From NCBI GenBank assembly GCA_965644295.1, contig CBFFRP010000011.1:62001-126000 (forward strand): a DNA stretch of 64,000 bases, given 5' to 3'. Each line of letters begins with the position of its first letter. Positions within the stretch are counted from its first letter, which is position 1. This document shows positions 1 through 13,622 of this stretch, in pieces. The stretch is from Paraphysomonas bandaiensis (lineage: Eukaryota; Protista; Chrysophyceae). The position numbers and the translations under genes were made by a program. The notes beneath the pieces were generated by a model. It saw only the letters and a program-made list of their open reading frames with translations, did not search any database and was not told the origin of the DNA.

Positions 1-1
1 A

Positions 2-187
2 GGGCTACGTATCACAAAAGGACCACTTGTACTTTCAAAATCCCACAGCGGGGACGTGAAAAGTGGCAATGCTGCCGTAGTTGAAATAACGAAGAGCTTA
101 CTGCAGATGAATGCCTCTGACTTGCATACTGAGGAGGCTAAATTGCTCCGCGAACAGAGAGATATTGAAGATGTGCTCTTCTCTTGA
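2..187 (+). CDS. 3' end of an unknown protein-coding gene (truncated by window start)
   Basis: Open frame GLRITKGPLVLSK...EQRDIEDVLFS ending in TGA at 185-187, followed by AT-rich UTR-like sequence. Confidence 0.55.
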   Translation, partial: GLRITKGPLVLSKSHSGDVKSGNAAVVEITKSLLQMNASDLHTEEAKLLREQRDIEDVLFS

Positions 188-877
188 CAGTGGTACACGT
201 ATTCATTTCTCTTTTCGTATTTGAGCAATAGATACTAATTATATAATGGATATCTTGTTTGTTATAGTTATGTACTGAGCTGTATTCCTCTGAATTTTTG
301 TGTATTTGTAATTATTAGTTTTCGATTGTATATTTTTCATTTACAATAATTCCAAGTAATGTATGTATTTTAAGATGATACCGTATGTATCGTTATTCTG
401 TGCTGTCAAGCTGAATAAGTAAACGTGTTTGAGCGATGTTTGTAGAAAGGTATGATAGAACTGTTGTGCACTGAAATACGAATCATATGAAAAGATTTTT
501 TCATGAAGAAACTAAAAGTATGCTGTAAAGCTTGAAGTGTTTCGAATGAAGGCTTATATGAAATATGAAGAATTTAGGAGAATCAATGAGATTATAGATA
601 TAATTGCAGAGCAAGGTTACGATATCGAAAACTAAATTTAACATAAGTCAAGAATGCAAGAATTCGGATATAAACATATTGATGACCTTCCGTGTGGCAT
701 TAATGCTCTATGGCTAGACTGGGTTGGATGGTTGGATAACCACTGTTCGTGTCCTGTTATCCACTGTTCATCAGAAAAATAACATAGCGCCCAAGTAGAA
801 AATAATCGAATGCTAACTCTGCAAAGTTTCGAAAAGTAATATAGAGTGACAAGGCTGAGTACTAAGTATATAATTTA

Positions 878-970
878 CAGGGCTGCGTAACAATTAATTG
901 AATTGCAGTTAATTTCATTTAAATTTCATGGAGTATACATCGAGCAATTAAATTGCAATAATTGTAATGT
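878..970 (+). mobile_element. Orphan left end of a hAT-like DNA transposon/MITE
   Basis: CAGGGCTGCGTAAC at 878-891 followed by AATTGCA-type subterminal repeats; exact reverse complement at 18567-18580. Confidence 0.5.
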
Positions 971-1376
971 TTACTATTTAGTATATAGCCCTATAAAGTC
1001 TTCTCCAGTAAACTTCTCCAGCCTTAAAGTCAATATATATATATATAATAAGAACATATATATATATATCATCCATCATCACTATCATCATTATGTCTCA
1101 TTATCGATAATCATGTCTTTCTTTGTCTTTGAATGATTATGTAAATATCAATGATAAGCATGAATTGTCATAGTCATAATATATCGTATATGTATATATC
1201 TTCGTGTGAGTTATGGCAATAATAATAATAATAATAATATTCAATCTATGTTGCACAGATAGTATGTACAAACTTAAGCATATACAATAAAGAGCTTGTG
1301 GAATAGAATAACCTGATAGATTGGTTATTACATTACAAGTTAAAACGGCTTCATATTGACCGCACGAAACGATATA

Positions 1377-2240
1377 GTTATATTTAACCACGGGCAATAA
1401 GGAGGCTATATCGTCCCGCGCTCAAAATTTTGAAACGAGGGCGAAAAGCCCGAGTTTTATAATTTAGACAAGGGACGATACTCCTTATCCCTAGGTTAAA
1501 TTGTAGCTTATCCTCATGACGTCGAAAAGTTAATATTAGATTGTATAGCTATTTGTAGCATGCTTGCTGTATTAAGAAATAGATGTTCCTTGATTAACAT
1601 TAAGAACACAAATGAGAACTCATATAGTTTCAAATGAATGATATGTATACTGTAAGTGTGATGATAAATGTAAACAGTTGAAGATGAAAGAGAGGCTTCT
1701 TATTGCCTTAATTAGCATCATCATCACATTTATATACAGCAGGCTTTACCTCTGCAAGTGCACCTGATCGAAAGATGTGTGTATGCTACGAAACACACAA
1801 TATCCTGAGAAGCATGATATGGCTCCAACCCTGAAAGAACTGGGTGCCACAGCTCCTAACCACCTATATAGCATTAGATATGGTACTTAAACTCTCCTGT
1901 AATATTCTTGAAGTTGTTTCGAAGTCCTGGATAAGAAGACAGGTCACTTGCACTGACCTCGTTATGATCTTCTATACAGCAGTCGAAGGATGGAATATAA
2001 CTTGGAGTTAGATGATCTGCTCTTGATATTTGGCTCATGATTGTGGTTTCTCTATAATTGTGTACTATAATGAAATCACGTACATTCGACTGTCATTATC
2101 ATAATGAAGATAGAAGTGAGCTTCTGTTCAACCGAATATTGAAGTTGAATGTATATATTTGCCCGGTGGTGATATGAGCGCCCTGTTGAGCCCAAATCAG
2201 GTCAAAAAAAAGCATTTTTTGAGACAAAATGGGGATAAGG
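1377..2240. mobile_element. Putative non-autonomous hairpin-ended element (Crypton- or Helentron-like architecture)
   Basis: About 130-nt imperfect hairpin 1377-1508 capped by GGGC-GAAAA-GCCC; adjacent CTTATCCTCAT (1507-1517) is inverted to ATGGGGATAAG (2229-2239) with one mismatch. Confidence 0.45.
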
Positions 2241-2559
2241 ACATAATAGAATTAGAACTTGGAAAGCATTAAGGACGATGGCCACTTATTACATAAATAT
2301 ATAAACGAATGATCTAGGGTGAGATATATCCACACTACACAATACACACTACTGCATATATATTCAAAATATCTAAACCGCAAATATTACAAAAGGCACT
2401 TAGCTTATGCAAAGCAAACTTCATTAAACGTATTCTAAATTACTTCAATATAACAAAAACAACAACAATGCTCCTTAAAAAATGATTAAAAAAATAATAG
2501 GAGCTAACTTGCTAAATACAGACCATGACGTTCCTATGTATGCAGGTCAGATACCTTCT

Positions 2560-5500
2560 CTAATTTCGCCGTGGTGTAGACAATCTCTGTGATGGTGACG
2601 TATTCTGAAATATTGGTAGTATCATAAGATGTTACACCAGAAAGAGTTATTTAACAAACCATATCATATTCAAACGACGCTCTTTTGTTCCTGTGCGAGT
2701 CGACATCATAATTAACGCTTTCGCTGTGCCTACTCAGCAGCAAGCACAAATTGGCATATATGGAGCATAATATGAAAAACGGTACCTAGATGTATCGGAC
2801 CCGGAGTCTGATGGTGGAAGAACCCATGATGTTTTTTTACCAATATAGTCGACGTAGTATATATTTCCTTTTCCACTCACACGCCACGTCCATCCAGGTG
2901 GGAGTCTATGTCGTCGCCCGTCTAAATCTACATAGAAATTATTTGTTTCTGGTAGACTCATCCTGCAGACAACAACCCATCAGGTATTAAATGAATATAA
3001 TATTGGTATAGACGTACTCTGAGTATGCTATTGCCAGTGGATGGTCGGATGTCTTGAATGGCAGCAACTTAGGATTGGCCATCTGCGGGTTTCGCCCTTC
3101 ACTTTTTATGGCAATCTGACCAACTGAGTCGCCTAAAGTTCTCTCCTGTTGGCCAGCTTCACTTCCAAAGGTTATCAGCTCAGTGGTTTTTGATTCAGCC
3201 ATATTCTCTCCATTACATTGTGGAGAGCGATCACTATCATTGATCAATAGAGCAGTCTATATATGTCTACATGAAATTACTATATTCGATGCAGTGGGTA
3301 TACCTCCAAAACGTCTTTAGCTTCGTCATTGTGCTCCTGCGTCATCATATCAGCAGTGCCGACTTCCTCGTCGTACTCTCTACTTGGTAGCTTCCAGTGA
3401 GTTCGTTTAGTATTATGGTCAATATAGTATGGACGTCCGTCTTCTGTATAAGCTTTCTCCCACTTATGTGGTAAGACTTCAAGAAATCTTGACGAGCCCC
3501 GATAAATACGTTGACTTCTGAGCTTCTTTTTACTGTTACTTTTTTTAGTACTAACTGGGTCATACGCCACGTTCCGATTCTGTGGTTTAATCCATGTAAC
3601 TTCTTCGTTGTTGTGATCCACATAAAACACCCTCCCGTCCAAGCACTGTCTAGCTTCCCAACCAGTGGGTAAATCCCGGCATCTCATGAGTGTTGATGAT
3701 GCGTAGTCCTGGAATTATGCGTTTTACGATGAGCTAAAAATAACATAGAGCAACTACACCGCACCTCTGCACTCAAATTATTCTCTTCTGTCGAAATATG
3801 GCGGACAAAATTGGGATCAGCAAAAAACATAATATTGCTGAATATGCGCTGTAATTGCCATTACACACAACAGGACATATATGCGATTGAACTCTCACCG
3901 TCATATCTGACTCATTTAAATAGTCAAAGTAGTTCACATCATACACAGAGAAATCCTGTACAGAAACAATCAAAGATGCTCATCCTTTAATACAATATAT
4001 TTAACCTGCGGATCAACCTCTATTTCATCAAAGGAATTGGTTTTAATAGGACAGTATCCAACCGGAATGTGACTCAGATCACAGCAAATAAGGTGGGTCA
4101 GCAACTGTTTGCGATGCACATATGGAACATAAGCGGCACCATCAATTTCACGGAATGATATATTGGTGGTGTCGCGAGAAGTTTCTGAACGAGCCGTAAA
4201 GACTTCAACGATATGCTTAACCAGCTTGTACATTGCCCAGCAGAGGAGACCAAAGAAGGATAGATAGAATGCATACACATAGATTCGGACAATATCATAT
4301 CTTTCGTCGTCTTCAGTGCTCAGATACCTAAAGAAGGATCACAAAAGTAACAAATCTCGCCAGGCCACTTACGAGTAGTCGAAACTGAAATATTGTATCT
4401 TAGGAGACGTCAGTGCACACACTTCTTTAAATGGCCAATTCGCAAAGAAAAAAATAGAGATCCCCATGTGCCAAAATACAGAAAAAATGAAAAAGTATCT
4501 GGCAACAACTCCTAAGGATTCATTTATAGTAGGTTTTCGTCTCCATAATTTAAACAATGAGTACTTATCCACAAGGTAGGTAGAAATCATTGTAAACGAT
4601 ATGATAAACAATCCGGATGGTAATGGTACTGCATAAAAAAGACCCGTAAACACGGTTTTGAGGCAGTCAGTATACCGCTCAGCGAGAGTCCACTCAGCCC
4701 CCTGCCATTTGGCATTAAACTCAGCCTGCGTGCCATATAATGGGGCAACTGCATATCTCTGAAATGTGTCGAAGAAGTTACAGAGGCGGAACAATGGAGT
4801 GGCAAGAGCATCCGCGATTAAAATGTTTTGAATGGACTGTAGAGTCTCAAGTGCAAAAATGTCTTCATCGGGAGTTACCCAGTAAACAAAAAATGCACTG
4901 TTGATGCAACGCGCAATCACTAATTTTACAAGAATTGACTGTTGGAGTCGAGTCTCGGAGCTGTGCTTTTCCAACCTGACCCACACTTCACTGTTACAAT
5001 CATACACAGGTGCAAGGATACTCAATTCTCACCGGACAGTAATATTCTTTATTATCACTGGTAGACTTGAATTAATACCCGTAATGACAACAGCACTAGC
5101 AACACCTTCGTAATTGAAGTATGCCTAGACAGAGATGACATTAACGAAGTGAGTGAAATTGGAATTGCAACTTACAAATGAGACAATGTAAAAAGCTGCA
5201 TACATGACAGCTCCACAGAGGATATTACTGAGGCCCAAAAACATTAGGCGAATGCAAATCCCCATATCACTGTTTTCATAAATGATGTCTGACGGCTCAG
5301 GCGCCTTTCTCACATGTAACACCTATGTTGAATCGCTATTGAGAACCATAGAGGAATTATATGCAACACACTGTACCGTGTTGTGAAACGAAAGTGAGCG
5401 CAAATCACTCTTCTTGTTCAGCCACACATCTCTTTTACCTACACCACATTACAACATATGAGCCGAAACACATAATAAAACTACTGATTCTACCAACTGC

Positions 5501-6719
5501 CATTCTATTAATACAGGTAACCATAGACGCCTCAGAGTTGAACGTGACAAACACCTGCCAAAACGTGTCAGGAAATCAGCTTCATGACATATAGCAAGTA
5601 ACCTTCCAGGGCTTATAATCAAGTTTACTTAATCGTCTAATATCTTCATCAAGGCTTGACAGTCTTGTCTTCAAAGACTCTTGATCGTGAAGCAGCTTGC
5701 TGCTCTGTGTTACATAAGTTACTACAGATAGGAGTGTACGAATCACTGGTCCGCACCCTGAGCAAGTCAATGAAACGCCTCAGTATCGAGGGCAGCCGTG
5801 TTTCTCTTCCCTCCGATTGTGCAAGGCCATTAAGAGAGTTTAGAGTGACCTTTCGTGCAGCTACTGTCCGAAGAAGTTTGCCATTATCTTTGGCAACAGT
5901 CACGAGAACCACCTCTCCGAACTGTGAAAAGAAATCATGATATATCTTGGGATCGGTGATATCTTCTGGAGGATTTTGTATAACCACAGAGTAATCGGAC
6001 GTCGTTTGTTGGGCTTGATCAATTCTCTTCACGGTGTCATTGACAACTTTTTTCGCGCCTAGAGCAAGTACTGCCAGAAGACAGGTAAGGATTAGGTCCG
6101 ACAATCCTTGCCGTAAGAGACGTAGATCTTCTGCTTCAGCCCCGTACACACTGCCTTTAAGGTTCACTAGAGTCTGAACCAGATAGCGAGTTCCATTGGC
6201 ATCATATGGTGTGCGATAGGAAGGGCGAACATCATTATAGTTGGATACATTGTTGGTATTATAGTAAGTAAAGCATATGGGGTCAGATATATCGTCACCT
6301 GAAACAGATATCTGATGCTCTTTATTTTCATATATAGCAATTAATGAAATCAAACCACATATCATAAATAATAATGAAAATGCCTTCAAAGTTCTAAAAT
6401 ATAAACTGATTCCAATTCCAAATTCATCCAAAGCGGCTGATTTGGTATGAAAGAAATCATACAACTCCGCCACGTTTCCATGATCATCAAGTAGCTCTCC
6501 AGGATTCGCCAGACGATATCCAGTAGGTTGATTTTCGTCAGCTATACGACGGGGAAGAATAAGATTACGGTAGAGTCTCGCAGCCTGGTAACTAGGGGCT
6601 GTATATGAGGGGAGGGAATCAGAGTCCTCTGCCGCAGGGGGAGTTATTGGAAAACTAGTGGGAAAGAGATCGATATCTGTTGTACACTCTGAATCGGAAT
6701 TATTTGCTGCCCATGGCAT
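2560..6719 (-). CDS. OSCA/CSC1/TMEM63-like calcium-permeable channel with three C-terminal WW domains (multi-exon)
   Basis: Motifs FGIGISLYFRTLK, SDYSVVIQNPP..FFSQFGEV, VFVTFNSE, APEPSDIIYEN, LAERYT..LFYAVPLP, YLVDKYSLF; in-frame GT-AG splicing links to WW domains LPTGWEAR..YVDHN..TWIKP, LPHKWEK..YIDHN..THWKLP, LPPGWTW..YVDY..TSWVLP. Confidence 0.75.
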
Positions 6720-6814
6720 TGTACGACATACACTCCGATTCCAGCTTAAGGCTCAACAATGAACAAACTAACGACCCCTTAACCCACACACTTAACTGCT
6801 AGAAAAAAACAATA

Positions 6815-7474
6815 ACATACATACATACATACATACATACATACATACATACATACATACATACATACATACATACATACATACATACATACATACATAC
6901 ATACATACATACATACATACATACATACATACATACATACATACATACATACATACATACATACATACATACATACATACATACATACATACATACATAC
7001 ATACATACATACATACATACATACATACATACATACATACATACATACATACATACATACATACATACATACATACATACATACATACATACATACATAC
7101 ATACATACATACATACATACATACATACATACATACATACATACATACATACATACATACATACATACATACATACATACATACATACATACATACATAC
7201 ATACATACATACATACATACATACATACATACATACATACATACATACATACATACATACATACATACATACATACATACATACATACTGTACATACATA
7301 CATACATACATACATACATACATACATACATACATACATACATACATACATACATACATACATACATACATACATACATACATACATACATACATACATA
7401 CATACATACATACATACATACATACATACATACATACATACATACATACATACATACATACATACATACATACA

Positions 7475-7504
<30 letters not shown>
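6815..7504. repeat. (ACAT)n microsatellite, about 690 bp, one interruption near 7288
   Basis: Directly visible tetranucleotide array filling most of the gap between two divergent start codons. Confidence 0.98.
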
Positions 7505-7506
<2 letters not shown>

Positions 7507-7550
7507 GTAGTATATTCTGTTGATGCCTTCCATTTCTTTAATTCTCAACC

Positions 7551-9233
7551 ATGGCACCTAAACCACCCTTCCTACTCGCTCTAATCGCCTCAGTCATTCC
7601 CTCATGTCTGTGCTCCTCCTCTGTATTACATTACATGCAAGAGCGGTCATCGTTCATCTCTGTAGACGAGCAGCTGTCTATTAACTCAGCATGGGATCTA
7701 ACCGCTGAGGAAACCATTGCAGATAATGTATTAAATCACTTGAAATCAATCGATCAATCTCTTGATCCAGTTCCAGTTCAGTTTAACTTTGCAACTATGC
7801 AGTCGACTATAGACAGCAGTGGTCTATACGCTGCTCTGAGGACCCTCCCTAAGGGCTCTCTGCTACACAGTCATGATGTGTCCTCTCAGGATATGCATTT
7901 CTATATTAATGCCTCCTATATGAAGGGGTGTTTGTATAATACTGATACATCGAGTGCCGACTATGGGGCTCTTTCGTTCCAACCTGCGCCTATGTACGTC
8001 CCGATTGAATTGGTTCGAGAAAGCTGGTTAGTGTATTGCGTTTCTTATAGTACTTTAAATTAATATGTTTACTGTTGAAGGCCAACTGGCGTTGCTTCCT
8101 TTGACGAAGAACTATATCAGAACTTTACTCTTCTTCCTTATATGGATATTCCGGACACTACAGGAGATTTCTTATGGGAGAAATTTCAGCCAATATTTAG
8201 CCGTGTTGGTATGATGTATCGTTATGAGCCTGTGTTTCGAATGTACTATCAACGTATGTTTGATCAACTTTATAATGATGGTGTGATGCGATGGGAAATC
8301 CGCACCTCCCTAGATGGTTTGTACGATGATACCCGTTCTTATTCCCAACCCGAGACTATGCAAATTATCATCGACACTCTCAGGGAATGGCAAATGGAGG
8401 ACTACGATTCTCGTGGTGGGTTTAGTTTTGGTATAATAATGCAAGCCATGCGAGATGGGACAGTAGAAGAAGTTGTAGATGCTTTGGAGAATGCTTATTA
8501 TCTTCGGGAGCTCTTCCCTGATCACATAGTCGGTTTTGATCTAGTTGGACACGAAGACCCAGGAGAGACGCTTCTTCACTGGGCCCCGGTTCTGATTGAT
8601 GCTGAAGAAGCAATCATGCTGCGGCATAACTATTCTCACCGGTTGCCTTTCTTTTTTCATGCCGGTGAAAGTAATCGACTAGCCGTACAGGAGAATCTAG
8701 TTGACGCCGTTTTTCTAAATTCATCTCGTATTGGGCATGGCTTTGGTATACAGGAATTTCCTGCATTGTGGCCGTTGCTCAAGCAAAAGGGCGTGTTGGT
8801 TGAGTCTTGCCCTATATCGAACCAGGTTTTAGGACTGGTGGTAGACCAACGAAATCATCCTATAGGACAGATGCTTCATCATGCACTTACAGATTTCCTC
8901 CGTCCTGATAGACGTCTTCCTCCCGCTGTACAGGAATTGCTGGACTACGACAACAACATAGGGCATGTATTTGATAATATGATTATGTCTCCGTCACTAG
9001 CAGTTTCTATTAGTAACGATGACCCGGGATTCTGGGGAATAGATGCATTTGTGAGTTATGATTGGTATATTGCGGTCCTAGCTTGGGACCTGTCGTTATC
9101 TGCCATTAAACAAATGGCCATTGATTCCATTGTTCATTCAGCGATTCCAGCAAGGTCGCGGATAGATATGCTACAACGCTGGAGTACAGAATGGGACAAG
9201 TGGGTGAGTAGCCTGCGAGAGCTGGAAGTATGA
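7551..9233 (+). CDS. Secreted adenosine deaminase 2 / ADGF (CECR1-like)
   Basis: Hydrophobic N-terminus; LPKGSLLHSHD, GFDLVGHED, FFHAGE, RIGHG, ESCPISNQVL, SNDDPGFW; one 54-nt intron 8027-8080. Confidence 0.9.
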
Positions 9234-9956
9234 GATTCTAAATCATAGCAATTGCTTAATATTAAATGCTAGACTTCATGACGTACAATACAATAAGCCA
9301 CATATATATTGACCGTGGGTCAATTATCGAATAACTGCTGGCTTCTTTTATAAACGATAAAATATCTCTGGAAGTTATGTCTTTAAGTCTTTTGTATATG
9401 TTGAACTGACTCTAGTTAGAGAAGAAGTAGTATGATTATGATATATTATAGGTAGCGCTACTTAGAAAGGAAGAACTAGATAAGTTGGTGGGGCAGCACC
9501 ATATTAAGAATTAAGTATACCTTGAAACGTATATTTTGTTGAATTTTGCTTACTTGTAAGAACTTAAGAGCACTACTTTAAGTTTTATGAATGATGGCAG
9601 TACTTGAAGAAAACAGTAGTTATACTGTATCTACGGCTTCGAATTGAGAGGGAGAGCTAAATTAGTTCCGACTCTTTAACGCCTATTGCTGCTAATAATT
9701 AAGAACCGATCTTTGAGACAAGCAGGCAATGCCTCGAAAGATGTTCGAAACAAATACAAGGAGTATCTAGTCAAATGCCTCGAGAGGAAAGCCACTTGTA
9801 TCAGCTCAATTACGTTCCTATGTCGTAGTAGTCATCACTACTGACGATAATATAAAGCATAATAGATTATTTTATCCATTCATATCACGAATAACAACGA
9901 GCACACACAGAAGTAAAACAGAACAGCAACAAAACATTCAATCATCAGCATCCGAG

Positions 9957-12771
9957 TCAAGGCTTGACTACTCGAATCTTACTTTCACCATACGCACTAA
10001 TATCTAAGGCACTAACATGGGGCACAGCGTCCGCTCCCGTATTAAAAGTAACTCGATTTCCACCAACTTTATTAGATTTTGATGAGAGAATATTCGTTGG
10101 ATCAATGTCTCCAGCTACAATAAGGTCTGTTAAAGCCACAAGTTTATAGCACTTCCCTGAAAGGCGTGTGGCTGCCTCGGGGTTGGTCTGTGTCAATCTA
10201 TCAAGCCGTCGACTAACTTCAGTCGCCTGAAGTCCTACCAACGAGAAATTCTTTTTGTCTGTAGGGTCCACCCCAATTTCCTTAACATCCTTCACCTTAG
10301 CGCGAGCATACTTGTTCATTTTCGAGAGTTCGATCTCTCGTTTTCTTGCACGCGCTTGTTTGTTTGTATTTGCAATTACTAGGTTCTTTCGTATAGTCAG
10401 TCGTAAACATTCGATCATACTGTGGACGGTCTCTGGATCTGCCTGTCCTAGTGTGCGTTCTTTAACAGTTGCTGTGTGATCCATTAACGCCAATGCCTCC
10501 TCATATTTACCTTGCCTGCAAAAATGCAATGAATCATACAACCACACACCTTACTGCGTACATAAAGATCGTAACCAGCATTTATACATTAAAGCACGCA
10601 TATATATACGACGACATCGATATAAAAACATCCTCAAACCTGTCAGCAGACTCCGACGCTATCTCCAGTAGAGGTGCCAAACTAGGAGGCTCCAAAAATG
10701 CTTCTGAATATTGGCTTTTCACGAGATCAATTGCCTCTCTCACGCAATTATCCACACGCACCAAGTACTGCTGATACGATGGTAACGTAGAATATACAGA
10801 TGCCGTAACTTGAAATGCGTTATCGGGTTGAGTGAATATCGAGGCATGTGGTGTGATGAGAGGTAAGGAGTTCTCACGACGTGCCCCGTTTCCATAACAT
10901 TGTGAATCCACCTGCTCCTGTACCCCAGTGGCAGATGGAGTACCGTCAGTTTGAGACTGCCCACGCAATACAGGAGCCGTCGAGACCATGTCTTTCATAT
11001 GTATACTCCCCTCACCCATGTGACTGACATTATTGTCCATAATATTCCTCTTGCCAGCATATATGGGTGGCAGTGGTACAGTTGCAGCTAAAGATGGTGA
11101 GACATCGGCATCCATAGTGCCCACAACAGCTGAGTTAGACATGCTGGCAATATATGCAGTTGCTTCCTCCTCTGTCATTTCAATATCACGTGACGAAAAA
11201 ATAGATGCTGCGTTGGCCATATCTCCTCCCGTTGTACAGGCCGTACTTCCATATAATTCCCCAAACGTGGATCCCGCACCCATATCGGAGTCAAGAGGTC
11301 CAGCAGATGTACTATTTCTATCAGCTAAAAAGAGCAATAATTGACAGTACCTCTTCAGAAGAGATATCCTCAAGTTGTCATCAAGATCATACAAAATCGT
11401 CAGCCCATCGGAAATCACAACTTCAGCAGGGGCATACTGACGATCTGCAATCAAAAACTCTGCTAGATCGTTACATACAGAGTATACAAATGAGGTACCC
11501 AGCTTCGTAGTTTTCACAGAATCATCAGATTTTCCGGCTACTACGACGCTGTTGTAAACACCTTGCAGAGCTGGCTTCGGCTTTCTCTGCTCAGTGAAAG
11601 CACGCTTCGCGGCTGTCCAACGCCTGCGTTTGGATTTGAGTGCTTCGGCATGAAATCCTTCCGCAATACACATTTCGGCTCGTTTCTCACATAGTCTCAA
11701 TTCGAGTCCGATTTCCATCCCAGAGCCGAAGCTGTGTGTTTGACCTGTTCCTTCAAGTCTTGTTGTTACCACGCGTAAGGATGGAGACATGGTGATCAGT
11801 ACTTCGTATGGTGTTGACATGTATTCTTCCGGTACTGCACTCAGATCTTCTTCAGGGCGTGGTGTTTCCTCCTTATGAGGAACAAGGTGTACCCAATTAG
11901 ATAACGTAGATACAACAGGATGATTCTTGTTTTGTGTTGCCAAATCCAATGCTGTGCTCCCATAGTTATCTACCGCTTCATATTCGGCACCCACTGCCAA
12001 TAGCTCCAATACCATCTCACGAGTACCATAGGCTGCAGCTAGATGGAGGGGCGTCCTTCCATCCTCTTCAATACGAGACCGCTCGTTAGCTCCCGCTTCA
12101 AGTAGAATTTTCATCACGTCCATGTGATTGTGCTTACACGCATAGTGTAGTGCCGTCATGCCATAATCAGGATCACGCTCATCCACATTGTCATGGGTTT
12201 TCAGATACCTTACCAACTCATCTGCTTTTCCCCTCATAGAAAGGTACCATATGGTCCAATACTCATCGCGTTTACATTTAATAGTTTCCATTTGCCATCG
12301 CAGCGTCCCTTCTTTTTTTATGGCCATTTTCTCAGTCGTTTCATCCAACTGGACTAAAGTCTTGACTAAAGCTTCATCTCGCTTTAACACCAAACGACTC
12401 AGTCGCTGTAACAACGTTTGAATTTCTAGTGTAACTTTAGCCTCTGGTCCATGCTCAAACTTCGCCTGCCAAGCAAGCAAAACATTCCATTTCGGCCATT
12501 CTGATTCAGGCATTGCACCCATTAAATGATCGCAATATTCAAACACTAGTTTCCTATAAGTTGAAGGTAAGCGTGGATTAGCCCATCGAACAACAAAAAA
12601 TATGCGCTCATGAAGTTCAGCGACTTTTTTTTTGGACTTAATTCGAATGTGAGTCAGACGAGATCGCTGCTTTTGTCGAAACTCTTTCAGTTCATTGTCC
12701 CACTCTCGTCTTTTTTTCTCTACACTCCAGTGCTCTGGAGCGAGAGGGGTGTCGTTTATCATATCTGTCAT
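9957..12771 (-). CDS. Ankyrin-repeat protein with C-terminal TPR-like (kinesin light chain type) repeat
   Basis: GMTALHYAC, GRTPLHLAA, GSTALDLA; QGKYEEALALM..KERTLGQADPET after an intron at about 10517-10639. Confidence 0.8.
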
Positions 12772-13622
12772 GTGTTATATATATATACGTATGTATGTAT
12801 GATTACATTCTATTGACTGTTATGTATGTATGTGGTATATCACATGAATTATTCATGGACTATGAACCAGATGATATCCTGTGATGTCAGGAGTGTCTGG
12901 TGATACGATCCTGAGTACCTGTTGTTAGGTATCTCTTTATAGATGACTGCATCCTCTTAACTCGACTGCTCTACCATATCAGTAGTCGGCATCTTATTTT
13001 TCGGAAATAAGTTGAGGTAAATATTCTCTATATTCCTGAAATACAACTACGGCTGGAATACAGATAATTGTTGTCTCAATATTAGAAGCATTTTTGTTCA
13101 AAAATATACGAAGGATGTCGATACGACTGCGTGTACTCAGTTGATAACATGCCCGTTACTATGTATTCCAGCTGTATTCCCACTGTATTCCAGCTATAAT
13201 AGAGGTACAATACTGCTGTTGTACAGGTCTGTTATACAGTTGTACAGCCCCTCCGGTCATCCATTGTTGTCTTTCCAATGACGTGTCGGAGGGAACACAA
13301 AGCAAAGAAATGTTAATAACCAAAAAATGCCACTTTACGTCACTCGAATCCTTTAAAGAAATTTCTATTTTCGCATTTCGAAGCTATATATTCGAGAATA
13401 CAGCCTCAGTGACTCAGAAAACTAATGGTTTTAGAATTCTGGACTGATGTGGACAAACCAGTGACATATTCTATGAACCTCAACTGCCAGGTTGATTAAG
13501 TGGAAAGCATATCATAATATTCATCACTACGGTCGATAGCATCCACCATCTGATACTACACGATAATTTATGATTTATTTTACTACAGTTAAGCTTATCA
13601 ATCACTGTTTTATTCAATCACA

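Noticed and set aside
6779-7557. Long MYVC-repeat ORFs (also MYVC/YIHT ORFs at 16689-17272)
   Set aside because: Automatic translation of stop-free (ACAT)n microsatellites
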